NCBI GenBank assembly: GCA_963796455.1
Contig: CAWCLO010000008.1
Span: forward strand, 64,001 to 128,000
From: Candidatus Sulfomarinibacteraceae bacterium
Lineage (GTDB): Bacteria > Acidobacteriota > Thermoanaerobaculia > Thermoanaerobaculales > Sulfomarinibacteraceae
Reading direction: 5' to 3'
Length of the DNA stretch: 64,000 nt
Under the pieces are notes generated by a model. The model saw only the letters and a program-made list of their open reading frames with translations, did not search any database and was not told where the DNA came from. Of the stretch, positions 11,122 to 21,647 are shown in pieces (position 1 is the stretch's first letter; the number at the start of each line of letters is the position of its first letter). Both the position numbers and the translations under genes were made by a program.

Positions 11122-12195
11122 TCAAACGTTAAAGACGAACTCCACCACGTCGCCGTCGTCGATCTCGTGGTCGCGGCCGACTGTTCGAATGTGCCCGAGG
11201 TTCTGGATCTCATGCAGGTGGCCGACCTCGATGAGCTCGTCCGCCGATAGGATCTTGGCGCGGATGAAGCCCTGCTCCATGTCCGAATGGATCTTTCCTG
11301 CCGCCGCCGCGGCCGGGGTGTCGCGTGGGATCTCCCAAGCCTGGAGTTTGTTCTTCACAACGGTGTAGAAGGAGATCAGACCGAGCAAATCAAAGGCCTC
11401 GCGCGCCAGGAGGTCGAGACCGGACTCATTCATCTCGAGTTCCCGCATGAATTCGCTGCGCTCCTCGAGGTCGAGCTCCATGAGCTCCAACTCGAGTTCC
11501 GCGTCGAGCCTCACCATGGGCGTTTCTGGAGAGTTCTTGCGCAGGGTTTGCAACAGGTCTGAGTTGCTGGAGTTCGCGTTGGCCACAAGCAGTTGCGGTT
11601 TGCCGGTCAACAGCCCTGCCGTCTTGAGATCGCGTCGGTCGTTGTCGTCGAGATCCAGTGACCTGAGGACCCGGCCGCTTTCCAGACATTCCTTCCAGGC
11701 CGTCATTCGCCGTTGCTCGGCGGCGTGTTCGACCGGTTTGGTGCGCCAGTCGTTGCGGCGCTTGGCAATCGCTCGATCGAGCACTTCGAGATCCGCGAGG
11801 ATGAGTTCGGTGTCGATCACCTCGAGATCACGCACCGGATCGACGGATTCGAGAACGTGGCTGATGTCCTCCGACGCAAAGCACCGCACGAGGTGGGCGA
11901 TGGCGTCCACCTGTCGGATCTCGCCGAGGAACTGGTTGCCCAGACCCTCGCCCAGGCTCGCCCCCTTGACGAGGCCGGCGATGTCGATGAACCGGATGGC
12001 GCACGGTGTGGTTTTTGAAGGAGACAGGACCTTCCGGAGCGCTTCGAGGCGCGGATCAGGCACGGGGACCACCCCGACATTGCTCTCGATGGTGGTGAAG
12101 GGGTAGTTGGAGACCTCGGCACCGCCCTTCGTGAGGGCATTGAACAGCGTTGATTTGCCGATGTTCGGAAGCCCGACGATGCCGACTGAGAGCAT
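11122..12195 (-). CDS. ychF: Redox-regulated ATPase YchF
   Basis: GIVGLPNIGKSTLFNALT, NYPFTTIE, DIAGLVKGASLGEGLGNQFL, TGS domain AGKIHSD..GFIRA. Confidence 0.95.
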   Translation of the reverse strand: MLSVGIVGLPNIGKSTLFNALTKGGAEVSNYPFTTIESNVGVVPVPDPRLEALRKVLSPSKTTPCAIRFIDIAGLVKGASLGEGLGNQFLGEIRQVDAIAHLVRCFASEDISHVLESVDPVRDLEVIDTELILADLEVLDRAIAKRRNDWRTKPVEHAAEQRRMTAWKECLESGRVLRSLDLDDNDRRDLKTAGLLTGKPQLLVANANSSNSDLLQTLRKNSPETPMVRLDAELELELMELDLEERSEFMRELEMNESGLDLLAREAFDLLGLISFYTVVKNKLQAWEIPRDTPAAAAAGKIHSDMEQGFIRAKILSADELIEVGHLHEIQNLGHIRTVGRDHEIDDGDVVEFVFNV

Positions 12196-12274
12196 GGTTG
12201 GAGAATATCAGGTTGACGAGGATACTGTGGACCTTCGCCGTCGGTCGTCGTACCCTTATCAAAAGCAGGAAGCG

Positions 12275-14899
12275 ATGAGCAGCCCAAAGAAGATCGCCCA
12301 TTTCGAAATCCTGAAACGGATCGGGGCCGGGGGGATGGGTGAAGTCTTTCTCGCCCGGGATGAGGTCCTGGATCGAGAAATCGCCCTCAAGCTCATTCGC
12401 CGTGACGTGGCCGGAGACACCGAGATCCGGCATCGTTTTCTCCGTGAGGCCCGGCTTGCGGCCGCCATCAACCACTCCGGGGTTGCGACCCTCTACGAAG
12501 CCGGAGAGACCGAACCCGGATCGGACGGCGAGCAGACCCAACTCTATCTCGCTTCGGAGTTGGTCGACGGCAGCAGCCTCGAAGAGATTCTCAGGGATGG
12601 AGTGCTGCCGCTCGATCGGGTGGTCGATCTCGGCATTCAGTTGGCCGAAGCTCTCGGCGCCGCCCACGATCTGGGAATCGTGCATCGCGACATCAAACCA
12701 TCGAACGTGATGGTGACCCGCGACGGCAGCTTGAAAGTCCTGGATTTCGGTATCGCCAAGCGGGTCGGGTGGGTCGATGTCGAGGGCGACAGCGCAGCCA
12801 CTCTGACCTACACCTCCCGCGGAGCGGTGGTGGGAACTCCCGCTTACATGGCGCCGGAACAGGTAGCGGGTGGTCCCGCTGATGCCCGAACCGATATCCA
12901 CGGAACAGGCTGTGTGCTCTATCAGATGTTGACGGGTCATGCACCCTTTGGCAGCGGCTCACCGAGTGAGATCATGCGGCGGGTCATCGTCACTCCTCCC
13001 AAACCACTCCGAAATCTGCGTTCGGAGGTGCCGCGAGGGTTGGCGGCTGTGGTGGAAAAGGCGCTCGCAAAAGAACCGGAAAAACGTTATCAATCGGCGG
13101 CTGAGCTCGCCGATGCGTTGCGCGATGCCGGTGACGCAACCGGGATCGGTTCTTCGATGGAGATCATCCGACGCGGTGTCGCGTCGCGAAAGTTCGTTGC
13201 GGCGGTGCTGATCGTATTGGCGGTCCTCGCGCTTGTTGTCGGGAAGAAACTCCTGGGGCCACGGTTGCCCTTTGACGAGCGCGATTGGTTGTTGGTGTCG
13301 GATGTTGTCAATGCGACAGGGGACGAGGGATTCACTCTGGCGTTGAAGAGCGCCCTGGAGACTGATCTTCGGCAGTCTCGACACGTCAACATTTACGATG
13401 CCGGGAGGGCTCGCAATACGCTGCAGATGATGCGTCGGGATCCAGCGATACCCATCGATCTCGAAACCGGGATCGAGGTCTGTCGCTTTGGCGGCGTTCG
13501 CGCCCTGTTGATTCCGAGGATCGACGTGGTGGACGAGGTCTATATCCTGCAGGCGAGTCTGGTGGAGCCGGCGACGGGCCGCACGGTCGACCGGATCCGG
13601 TTGACCGCCAAAGGGCGCGATCAGGTGCTGCTGGAGACCATCGATGAGCTGACCCGGACGGTGCGGCGACATTTGGGAGAGAGTCTTCAGTCGATCGCCG
13701 AAACCGACCCCCCGTTGGTGCAGTACACCACTTCGTCGTGGGAAGCTCAGAGGCTACTCGCCATGGGGTCTGCGGCCTGGGCCGGAGGCCGCCACCTGGA
13801 AGCGGAGCGCAGCTTCCGAATGGCCATCGAGGAGGATCCTCAATTTGCGACCGCGCGAGGATCGCTGGGGCTCCTCTACATCCAGTTTCTCGGGCGGGTT
13901 GAAGAGGGCCGGCAGCTTCTCAGCCGGGCCTTCGAGGATGCCGACGAGGTCTCGCGGCGTGAGTACCTTGTGCTGCGCGCGATCCACAGCCAGTTCGTCG
14001 ACGGTGATCTCGAAGCGGCCCTGGCCGACTACGCCCTGGTCAACCAGCTTTATCCGGACGTGGTGCAACCGCTCAACAACAGCGGCAGAATCCTCTCAGA
14101 GCTCGGCCGCCACGAGGAGGCGGTGCAGATGTACGAGCGGGCGCGTGAGATCGACGCAGCCTCTGCGCCACCCCTGTGGAATCTGTGGACGATGTACATG
14201 ATGAAGCTCCGGCGGCCTGAAGCGGGCGAAGAGGTTGCGAGAGAACTCGTCCGGCTGCAACCCGAATCGTCCTGGGCCCATCACTCGCTCGGCTGGACGC
14301 TGGTGGCCCTGCGGCGTTTTGACGAGGCGGAGGTCGAGATGCTGAGGGTTCTCGAACTCGATCCGGCGCACCCGTTTGCCGAAGCCAATCTCTCCCATTT
14401 GTTATTCCGGCGAGGAGCGTTTGCGGAGGCCGAGACCCTGTATCGAAAGAGATACGCAGCATCCCGTGTCGAAGGCGCTGACGGGACCAACGTGTACGAC
14501 GGTCTGAGTCTTGCCGCCACCCTCCAGAATCTTGATCGGTGGGACGAGGCACGGGTCGTGATCGAGGAAGGGTTGGCGGAGATCGAGGCACTCGAAGCCG
14601 AACGCGTTCTGACTCCCGACGAGGAGGCTCTGAAAGCCTGCGTTCTGGCCGCTCTCGCCAGGGTGGGCGATGCGACAGGTCCGATCGAAGGGTTGGCGGC
14701 GGCTGCAGACTCTACTGCGAGCGTTTTCATGAACCTCGCCCGAGCGCTGACCCTTGCCGGTGATCCGGATCGGGCTGACGAGTTGTTGGTCCGGGCCTTC
14801 GAGGCGGGATATGACGATCCGTATTTCCTTCTCGTGGACCCGCTGCTGAACGGCCTCCAGGGACGAGCGATCGTGGACGAGCTGGCACCGGTGTCATAG
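12275..14899 (+). CDS. Ser/Thr protein kinase with TM segment and TPR repeats
   Basis: Starts [46 protein letters not shown] helix followed by TPRs. Confidence 0.92.
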   Translation: MSSPKKIAHFEILKRIGAGGMGEVFLARDEVLDREIALKLIRRDVAGDTEIRHRFLREARLAAAINHSGVATLYEAGETEPGSDGEQTQLYLASELVDGSSLEEILRDGVLPLDRVVDLGIQLAEALGAAHDLGIVHRDIKPSNVMVTRDGSLKVLDFGIAKRVGWVDVEGDSAATLTYTSRGAVVGTPAYMAPEQVAGGPADARTDIHGTGCVLYQMLTGHAPFGSGSPSEIMRRVIVTPPKPLRNLRSEVPRGLAAVVEKALAKEPEKRYQSAAELADALRDAGDATGIGSSMEIIRRGVASRKFVAAVLIVLAVLALVVGKKLLGPRLPFDERDWLLVSDVVNATGDEGFTLALKSALETDLRQSRHVNIYDAGRARNTLQMMRRDPAIPIDLETGIEVCRFGGVRALLIPRIDVVDEVYILQASLVEPATGRTVDRIRLTAKGRDQVLLETIDELTRTVRRHLGESLQSIAETDPPLVQYTTSSWEAQRLLAMGSAAWAGGRHLEAERSFRMAIEEDPQFATARGSLGLLYIQFLGRVEEGRQLLSRAFEDADEVSRREYLVLRAIHSQFVDGDLEAALADYALVNQLYPDVVQPLNNSGRILSELGRHEEAVQMYERAREIDAASAPPLWNLWTMYMMKLRRPEAGEEVARELVRLQPESSWAHHSLGWTLVALRRFDEAEVEMLRVLELDPAHPFAEANLSHLLFRRGAFAEAETLYRKRYAASRVEGADGTNVYDGLSLAATLQNLDRWDEARVVIEEGLAEIEALEAERVLTPDEEALKACVLAALARVGDATGPIEGLAAAADSTASVFMNLARALTLAGDPDRADELLVRAFEAGYDDPYFLLVDPLLNGLQGRAIVDELAPVS

Positions 14900-14930
14900 G
14901 GCGGCAAAAACTCCGGCCGGGGACTTGGAA

Positions 14931-15206
14931 CCACTCTTGTCCAAGACCGAGTTTCGGACAGCGATCAGGGACAGTGTTCAGCGACAGCGGCAGTGAACAG
15001 GAATCAGCCTCAGCGTTCAGTCGCCAGTTGCAGGGACAGCAACAGCGACAGCGCCCGGTCTCGCGGGCGTGGAGGACTGAAATCATAATTTTGGGTTGAG
15101 GAAGCGCCAGGTCAATGGCATGAACCCGATCGCGCTGCCTGCTGCCGCTGAACACTGATCGCTGCTCCCTGTCGCTGTCGCCGAAGACTGTCCCTGCCGC
15201 TGCAAT
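14931..15206 (+). repeat. Dispersed intergenic element, copy A
   Basis: Begins CCACTCTTGTCCAAGAC..TCGGACAGCGATCAGGGACAG and has inward-facing CAGCGA-type hexamer arms. Confidence 0.7.
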
Positions 15207-15242
15207 ACCTTTGCAAGCTCCAATCCCTAAGCCCCAAGCCCC

Positions 15243-15271
15243 AAAAAACCCCCTCCGTTTCGGAGGGGGTT
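15243..15271 (-). terminator. Rho-independent terminator of the RRM gene
   Basis: Minus strand reads AACCCCCTCCG-AAA-CGGAGGGGG followed by a T6 tract. Confidence 0.88.
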
Positions 15272-15291
15272 CTATCAATCGTGGATTTTTT

Positions 15292-15603
15292 CTACCAGCC
15301 GCCGCCGCCACCGCCACCGCGATAGCCGCCGCCACCTCCGCCGCCTCCGCCACTGCGCCGGTCATGGGCGATGTCGACCCGGATCGGCCGACCGTCAAGT
15401 TCAAAACCATTCATCTCTGCAACCGCCTTGTCGGCGGCTTCGTCATCATTGAAGGTAACGAATCCGAATCCGCGCGAACGCCCGGAGTCCCGGTCGCAGA
15501 TCACCTTTGCTTCGGCAATTTCGCCGAACTGCGCAAAAGCTTCTTGCAGCCCCTCGTCGGTTGTATCCCAGCTCAGACTTCCTACGAAAAGTTTCTTACT
15601 CAT
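15292..15603 (-). CDS. RRM RNA-binding protein with Gly-rich tail
   Basis: RNP2 [11 protein letters not shown]1 RGFGFVTF, tail [19 protein letters not shown]. Confidence 0.95.
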   Translation of the reverse strand: MSKKLFVGSLSWDTTDEGLQEAFAQFGEIAEAKVICDRDSGRSRGFGFVTFNDDEAADKAVAEMNGFELDGRPIRVDIAHDRRSGGGGGGGGGYRGGGGGGGW

Positions 15604-15865
15604 CGCTCCCATTTTCCTTCCGGGTCGCTCGTGCCTTGAAAGAGCCGGCTCCCCTGTCCCATTCCCGGCGGACCTTGCGATCCACCCATATGCCGGCCAC
15701 CACGGTGGCGGCCACACAGGCTCCTCAATATACATGCTTTGAGGGTTGCTGCAAATTCAACAGGATGGAAGTGGGTGATAAGCAAACAGTTATCAGTAAT
15801 CAGTGCTAAGAGGATGAACCACAGATCCCGGAGTTAATCGGTGTTCACCGAGACCCGGCAAATTA

Positions 15866-16487
15866 TCAGAGATCGAGCTTCGGGAAGTAACCGCAGCTAG
15901 CCGCAAAAACCGTCGCCACCTCGAGCCTCGCCCGCAGCTCTTCGGGGTCATCGTCGAGCTTGGGATTTCTTGGCGCCCAGGTGATGTCCATTCGGTCGGC
16001 GCGAACACTGATTGACTGGAAGTTCTCGCCGGCCGACGAGGAGATGCATGGTCTCCCGAACTTTTTCAATAGAGAAGACCGACTGGAGGTCGCCTTCGCT
16101 GTCGGTGGAAAATCGGAAATGCTCATCGAGCTCTTGATCGCCGACTTCGAAATCCTTGGCGAGACCGACCCTGATCAACATCCTCGATCCGGCGTTGAGC
16201 TGTTCTGCCGACCATCGTTGCGGCGAATACAGCCCCAGCCTCAATACGGCTCCTCCGCGGTCGTACTGAGATTGGTGTTGAATGAGATAGCGGCAATTGT
16301 AGCCGCGGTAGACCCCGACGACTCCGTTCGAGAGAGGCGCCGCGCGACGGGCGGTGCCGAGTTCGAAGGCGGGGCCGAGCGTCTCCAGCCGCCGTTGCGC
16401 TTTGCGCCGGAGCACAGTCGCAATCACCGCCAGGACAACCATTCCGGTCAGGGCGAAGACGATCGCGGGGAAAAACTCACTATTCAT
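15866..16487 (-). pseudogene. Membrane-anchored hypothetical protein, frameshifted near 16035
   Basis: ORF 15948..16496 (N-terminal TM) continues naturally into ORF 15866..16126 (..GENFQSISVRADRMDITWAP..). Confidence 0.65.
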
Positions 16488-16539
16488 TGTCGTCAATCAG
16501 TGTAACGGCTTCCGGCGGTTGCGTTTACAATGCTCGGCA

Positions 16540-17718
16540 ATGAATGACTTGGAAAAACTGCGGGCAAAGCTCGACCGGTTGGATCGAAAGCTGCTGGAGG
16601 ATCTCAGCAATCGGCTCGAGACGGTGGCTGATATCGCTCGAGTCAAAGCGGAGGGCCTGTCTTTTCTCCGTGATCATGAGCGGGAGTCCGAGCTCCTCGA
16701 TCGGGTGGAGGGCTGGGCGCGAGAGCTCGGCCTCGATGGATTCCGTACCCATGAGATCTTTCGCGAGATCATCGCCATGTCGCTCAAGGCGCAGGAGGAG
16801 GCGCTGCTGCATCGCGAGCAGGTGCACCGGTCGCGGCAAAGCGCCAACCGGGTTGCGTTTCAAGGTATCGAAGGCTCGTACAGTCAGCTCGCGGCCCGCA
16901 AGTACTTTGCGGCGCGATCTTCGGAAATGGACTTCGTCGGTCAGCGGTCCTTTCGTGATGCCCTTTCATTGGCAGAGAGTGGTGATGTCGGCTACGCATT
17001 CTTGCCGATCGAGAACACCACCGCGGGTTCGATCAATCAGACCTATGACCTGCTCCGGCAGACCGATCTGAGGGTTGTCGGAGAGGAGATCCTGCACGTA
17101 CGTCATTGCCTTCTTTCGATTGATGGCTCGACCGAGGGAGGTCTCCGAAGAATCCTGTCCCACCCGCAGGCTCTGGCCCAGTGCTCACGCTTTCTGGGGT
17201 CGCTCGAGGAGGTGGAAATGGTTGCCTTCGAGGACACGGCTGCGTCTGCAAGGGAGGTGGCGGCCGCGGGTGATCCCCGGCAAGCTGCCATCGCCAGCGC
17301 CGAAGCCGGTGAAATCTACGGGCTGAGTGTGCTCCGGGAGGAGATCGCAGACCAGCAGGAAAACTGGACGCGATTCGTGGTCATTTCCGGCCTCGAGATC
17401 GAACTCGATTCGAGGATCCCGGCGAAGACATCTCTTGTTTTCACGACCCGCCACCATCAGGGGGCGTTGGTGCAGTGTCTGGAACTGCTCGCGGAACACG
17501 GTTTGAATCTCACCAAGTTGGAGTCTCGACCGGTTCCACAGCGACCCTGGGAGTATCTGTTCTACGTCGACATCGAGGGTCGGGTCGACACCGAGCCGGC
17601 AGCGCTGGCGATTGCCGGGCTCCGGCGTGAATGCCCCTACCTCCGGGTATTCGGGAGTTATCCGGCTCGTACGACTTCTGCCGGAGCGGTGGACCGATAC
17701 GCCGGAAGCGACGGCTGA
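16540..17718 (+). CDS. pheA: Bifunctional chorismate mutase / prephenate dehydratase
   Basis: AroQ domain LRAKLDRLD; VAFQGIEGSYS, LPIENTTAGSI, SHPQALAQC, NWTRF; ACT domain LTKLESRP. Confidence 0.95.
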   Translation: MNDLEKLRAKLDRLDRKLLEDLSNRLETVADIARVKAEGLSFLRDHERESELLDRVEGWARELGLDGFRTHEIFREIIAMSLKAQEEALLHREQVHRSRQSANRVAFQGIEGSYSQLAARKYFAARSSEMDFVGQRSFRDALSLAESGDVGYAFLPIENTTAGSINQTYDLLRQTDLRVVGEEILHVRHCLLSIDGSTEGGLRRILSHPQALAQCSRFLGSLEEVEMVAFEDTAASAREVAAAGDPRQAAIASAEAGEIYGLSVLREEIADQQENWTRFVVISGLEIELDSRIPAKTSLVFTTRHHQGALVQCLELLAEHGLNLTKLESRPVPQRPWEYLFYVDIEGRVDTEPAALAIAGLRRECPYLRVFGSYPARTTSAGAVDRYAGSDG

Positions 17719-17720
17719 TC

Positions 17721-18524
17721 GTGGTCGTCGTCAGTGGCCTCTGGTTTTATCCGATCAAGTCCTGCGGCGGAATTGAAGTCGAGGAAGCCATCGTCGGGAC
17801 CACCGGCTTCGAGCACGACCGGCGGTGGATGGTGGTCGGCGACGACGGCCGTTTTCTGAGCCAGCGCCGACACCCGGGTCTGGCAACTGTCGCCGTCCGG
17901 CTGCGCGAGAGAGCTCTCCTGCTCGAAACACCGAATCGATCGCGGCTCGAGGTTCCCCTCGACGAACCGACGGGACCGGGGATCCGGGTCACGGTGTGGA
18001 AGGACGAGTGTGCGGCCATCGATGAGGGCCGGGAGGCCGCCGAGTTTTTCTCCAAGCACCTCGAGGTCGGTGCCCGTCTGGTCAGGCTCGCCGACGATCA
18101 CGCCCGGCCCCTCGGCACCTCAGCCGCTCAACCCGGCGACAGAGTTTCATTTGCCGATGCTTATCCCTTCCTCCTCGTGTCTGAGGCCTCTCTTGCCGGG
18201 CTCAACCGCCGCCTTTCTCTGCCCATACCGATGGATCGTTTTCGTCCCAATATCGTCGTCAGTGGATGTACCGCTCACGCAGAAGACAGCTGGCAGGATG
18301 CTCGAATCGGAGAGGTCGATTTTCGAGTCGTCAAACCCTGCGCAAGGTGCGTGGTGACCACAACAAATCAGGAAACCGGTGATCGCGGGCCCGAGCCTCT
18401 CAAAACCCTGACCACCTATCGTCTCTTTGATGGTGAGGTGCATTTCGGGCAGAACCTGATTCATGTCGGGCGCGGGGTCATAAGGGTCGGCGACCAGGTG
18501 ATCGTATTGGCGGTGCAGCAGTGA
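17721..18524 (+). CDS. MOSC domain protein (YcbX/mARC-like)
   Basis: YPIKSCGG, DRRWMVV, FADAYP, RFRPNIVV, KPCARCVVTT. Confidence 0.92.
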   Translation: MVVVSGLWFYPIKSCGGIEVEEAIVGTTGFEHDRRWMVVGDDGRFLSQRRHPGLATVAVRLRERALLLETPNRSRLEVPLDEPTGPGIRVTVWKDECAAIDEGREAAEFFSKHLEVGARLVRLADDHARPLGTSAAQPGDRVSFADAYPFLLVSEASLAGLNRRLSLPIPMDRFRPNIVVSGCTAHAEDSWQDARIGEVDFRVVKPCARCVVTTTNQETGDRGPEPLKTLTTYRLFDGEVHFGQNLIHVGRGVIRVGDQVIVLAVQQ

Positions 18525-18567
18525 GGGGAACAAGAGTGGACTTCGTGACGATTGGTAGAATGACAGA

Positions 18568-19461
18568 GTGACAGAGCGTACGACGGTTTCGAAGGTGCGG
18601 CGGGTCGGTTGGGTCGGTCTGATCTGCAACCTCCTGTTGGCGGGCATCAAGGTGGTTGCGGGGGTGGTCGGTAATTCGCAGGCGGTTCTCGCCGATGCCT
18701 TTCACAGCCTGACCGATGTGCTGACCGATATCGCTGTCATTCTCGGCGTCCGCTACTGGTCGGCGCCTGCGGACGAGAATCATCCTCACGGACACGGCCG
18801 GATCGAAACGCTGGTGGCAGTCGTGATCGGTCTCTCGGTCGGCGGCGTAGCGATCGGGATGGGTTTCAACGCGATCCGCGACCTGGGTGTCGTTCGCTCC
18901 CACGGCCCGGCCGGCGTCGCCCTCGGGGCTGCGCTTTTATCCATCGTCGTCAAGGAGATTCTCTACCGGTGGACCGAACGGGTCGGTCGTGAATGCGATT
19001 CTCCCGCCCTCGCTGCCAATGCCTGGCATCACCGTTCCGATGCCATGTCGTCAATTCCGGTGGCAGTGGCCGTCGCAGTCGCCTTGATCGACCCCGGGTT
19101 GGCGGTGGTGGACAGCATCGGCGCGTTCGTGGTGAGTGTATTCATTCTTCGGGCGGCCTGGCAGATCCTTCGTCCGGCTGTGGATCAATTGATCGATGCG
19201 AGCGCGCCCCCGTCGGTGCGCCATCGGATCGAGGCTCTCGCGGTCGAGGTGGACGGCGTCGAGGCGGCACACGCGGTCCGGACCAGATACGTGGGTTCGA
19301 AAATCGCCGCTGATCTCCACGTCGAGGTCGATGGCGGGATGAGTGTGGGCGAAGGGCATCAGATCGCGGTCGAAGTTCGGGAAAAACTCGTCGAGGAGAT
19401 AAAGGAAGTGACCGATGTTCTGGTCCAGGTCGAACCCCATGTCCTCGACGGCCCCGAATAG
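18568..19461 (+). CDS. Cation diffusion facilitator family transporter (FieF-like)
   Basis: SQAVLADAFHSLTD, HPHGHGRIE, NAWHHRSD, C-terminal dimerisation domain VQVEP. Confidence 0.93.
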   Translation: MTERTTVSKVRRVGWVGLICNLLLAGIKVVAGVVGNSQAVLADAFHSLTDVLTDIAVILGVRYWSAPADENHPHGHGRIETLVAVVIGLSVGGVAIGMGFNAIRDLGVVRSHGPAGVALGAALLSIVVKEILYRWTERVGRECDSPALAANAWHHRSDAMSSIPVAVAVAVALIDPGLAVVDSIGAFVVSVFILRAAWQILRPAVDQLIDASAPPSVRHRIEALAVEVDGVEAAHAVRTRYVGSKIAADLHVEVDGGMSVGEGHQIAVEVREKLVEEIKEVTDVLVQVEPHVLDGPE

Positions 19462-19472
19462 ATATTCAAATC

Positions 19473-19696
19473 GTTACAGAGCCTACAGCGACAGAGTTCA
19501 GCGGCTGCGACAGTGTCCAGCGACAGCGACAGCGACAGCGGGCAGCGAACAGCGACAGCCAACAGCGATCAGTGTTCTGCGGCAGCGATCAGGGTCGTGC
19601 AATGAACTGGCGGCTGTTGAACCAGACGAAGTGATTGCTGTTCACTGTCGGTGTCCCTGAACGCTGTCCGAGACACAGCCTTGAACAAGAGTGATC
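19473..19696 (-). repeat. Dispersed intergenic element, copy B
   Basis: Minus strand begins GATCACTCTTGTTCAAGG..GTCTCGGACAGCGTTCAGGGACA and has CAGCGA hexamer arms. Confidence 0.7.
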
Positions 19697-19697
19697 A

Positions 19698-19760
19698 GAA
19701 ATCCGAAATCCGAAATCCGAAATCCGAAATCCGAAATTCCTAATTCCTAATTCCTAATTC
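19698..19760. repeat. Compound heptamer repeat (GAAATCC)x5 + (TAATTCC)x3-4
   Basis: Read directly; lies immediately 3' of the MsbA-like stop codon. Confidence 0.95.
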
Positions 19761-19764
19761 TGAT

Positions 19765-21615
19765 TCAGCCTTCGTCCGCCTCTTCCTCGAAGCTGTGCAG
19801 CTTGTGGAGACGTGCGTAGACCCCATCCGCCTCCAGGAGCTCCTCATGGGAACCGACCTCCGCCACCCGGCCTTCGTCGAGCACCACGATCCGGGTTGCC
19901 CGCCGAATCGTCGACAACCGGTGGGCCACCACCAGGGTGGTGCGGTCTTGCATCAGATTGTCCAAGGCCTTTTGAACCATCTGTTCACTCTCGACGTCCA
20001 GCGCCGAGGTGGCCTCGTCAAGCACCAGGATAGGGGCATTCTTGAGCAGCGCCCTGGCAATGGCGATCCGCTGCCTTTGGCCGCCGGACAGCCGGACTCC
20101 GGCTTCACCGACGACGGTCTCATAACCTTCCGGAAGGGCCCGAATGAATTTGTCGGCAAAGGCGGTCTGTGCTGCAGCGACCACGTCATCGTGTGCCAAA
20201 TCGGGTCGGCCGTACGCGATGTTGTTGTGGATCGTGTCGTTGAACAGGAAGACCTCCTGGGTCACCAGACCGATCTGGGAACGCAAGGATTTCTGGGTGA
20301 CGTCTCGGATGTCGTGGCCGTCGATGGTGATTCGGCCGGAGGTGACATCGTAAAAACGCAGCAGGAGATGGGTCATCGTGCTCTTGCCGCCGCCGGAGGG
20401 CCCGACCAGAGCCACCACGTCACCGCGGTTGATGCCGATCTCCACATCGCGCAGCACCGGTTCGCCGGGGTTGTATTCGAAACCGACATGATCGAACTCG
20501 ATCGCGGTTTCAAAACCGTCGAGCTCGATGGCATCCGGTCGATCCTCGATCTGGTATGGCAGATCCATCACGCCGAATACCCGCTCCGCGGCCGCCAGCG
20601 CCTGCTGCAGGGCGAGATTGGCCTTGTTGAGCCTCTTGATGGGAGCGTAGATGAGGGCCATGCCGGCTACAAATGAAACATAGGTCGAGAGCGCGGCACG
20701 ACCCGCCGCGATTTCGTATTGGGCGTAGACAAAGATGCCGATCATTCCAGTGCCGGCGACGGTCTCCATGATCGGGTTGTTGGCGGCCTGGATCCAGGCT
20801 TCGCGGAGCATTGTTTTGTAGTAGCCGATGTTTTTGACCGAGAACCTCCGGCTCTCGACCTCTTCGCCGCCGAAACCCTTGACGATGCGATGACCGCGGA
20901 TCGACTCCTGCAGCGTTTCGGTGAGTTCGGAGACCCGCTCCTGGCTGGCAAAGGCGATGTTCTTGAGCCGCCGGGCCATTTTGAGCACCGGGATCAGCAC
21001 GGCCGGGCCGATCAGAAAGACAAAGACCGCGAGCTTGGGGTTGAGGGTGAAGATATAAACGAGGAGAACCAGAACGATCAGTGTGTCCTGGACCAGCGAG
21101 CCCATCTGTTTTCCGATCGAGATCTGGATCCTCTCGACATCGGTGATCAGATGGCTCGTGAGTTGGCCCGTCGTATGGTCGGTGAAAAATCGGATGGACC
21201 GGTTGAGGACCGAGTCGTAGAGAGACTGTCGAAGCTCGCGGACGGCCCGCAACCCCACCCAGTTGACCGAGATCTGAGCCAGGATCTGAGCGATGTTCTT
21301 GATCAGAATGGTCAACCCGAGCAGCAGTGGTATGGCCAAACCGGCCATGGGCAGCGAGGCCTGGATCGCATCAACCGCAGCCACCCGCCACTCTTCGAGA
21401 TCTTTGGCGAAACCGCTCGCGCCGGTCGATCCTATCGCCATGCCCGGTACCGAGGTGGTGGTGTTGTCGGCTGCCGCCAAGGAATCGAACATCGCGCCCA
21501 CCAGCGATGTCATCGCCGCATTGCCGGCCGCCACGACCAACATGGCGAAAAGCGAAAAGACGAGGATCGGCCAGTGTTTGAGGAACAGACCCAGGAGACG
21601 GCGAAGATTGCTCAT
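19765..21615 (-). CDS. MsbA-like ABC exporter (fused TMD-NBD)
   Basis: Six-TM domain, GPSGGGKST, LSGGQRQRIAIARALLKNAPILVLDEATSALD. Confidence 0.9.
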   Translation of the reverse strand: MSNLRRLLGLFLKHWPILVFSLFAMLVVAAGNAAMTSLVGAMFDSLAAADNTTTSVPGMAIGSTGASGFAKDLEEWRVAAVDAIQASLPMAGLAIPLLLGLTILIKNIAQILAQISVNWVGLRAVRELRQSLYDSVLNRSIRFFTDHTTGQLTSHLITDVERIQISIGKQMGSLVQDTLIVLVLLVYIFTLNPKLAVFVFLIGPAVLIPVLKMARRLKNIAFASQERVSELTETLQESIRGHRIVKGFGGEEVESRRFSVKNIGYYKTMLREAWIQAANNPIMETVAGTGMIGIFVYAQYEIAAGRAALSTYVSFVAGMALIYAPIKRLNKANLALQQALAAAERVFGVMDLPYQIEDRPDAIELDGFETAIEFDHVGFEYNPGEPVLRDVEIGINRGDVVALVGPSGGGKSTMTHLLLRFYDVTSGRITIDGHDIRDVTQKSLRSQIGLVTQEVFLFNDTIHNNIAYGRPDLAHDDVVAAAQTAFADKFIRALPEGYETVVGEAGVRLSGGQRQRIAIARALLKNAPILVLDEATSALDVESEQMVQKALDNLMQDRTTLVVAHRLSTIRRATRIVVLDEGRVAEVGSHEELLEADGVYARLHKLHSFEEEADEG

Positions 21616-21647
21616 TCAGTATCCGATGCTCATTCTCGCATGCGCAC

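Noticed and set aside
12107..12274. N-terminal extension of the 930-aa kinase ORF
   Set aside because: It overlaps ychF on the antisense strand; the kinase domain begins right after ATG 12275.
15604..15735. Riboswitch or ncRNA in the RRM gene leader
   Set aside because: GC hairpins are present but I recognise no aptamer consensus; an Rfam search would be needed.
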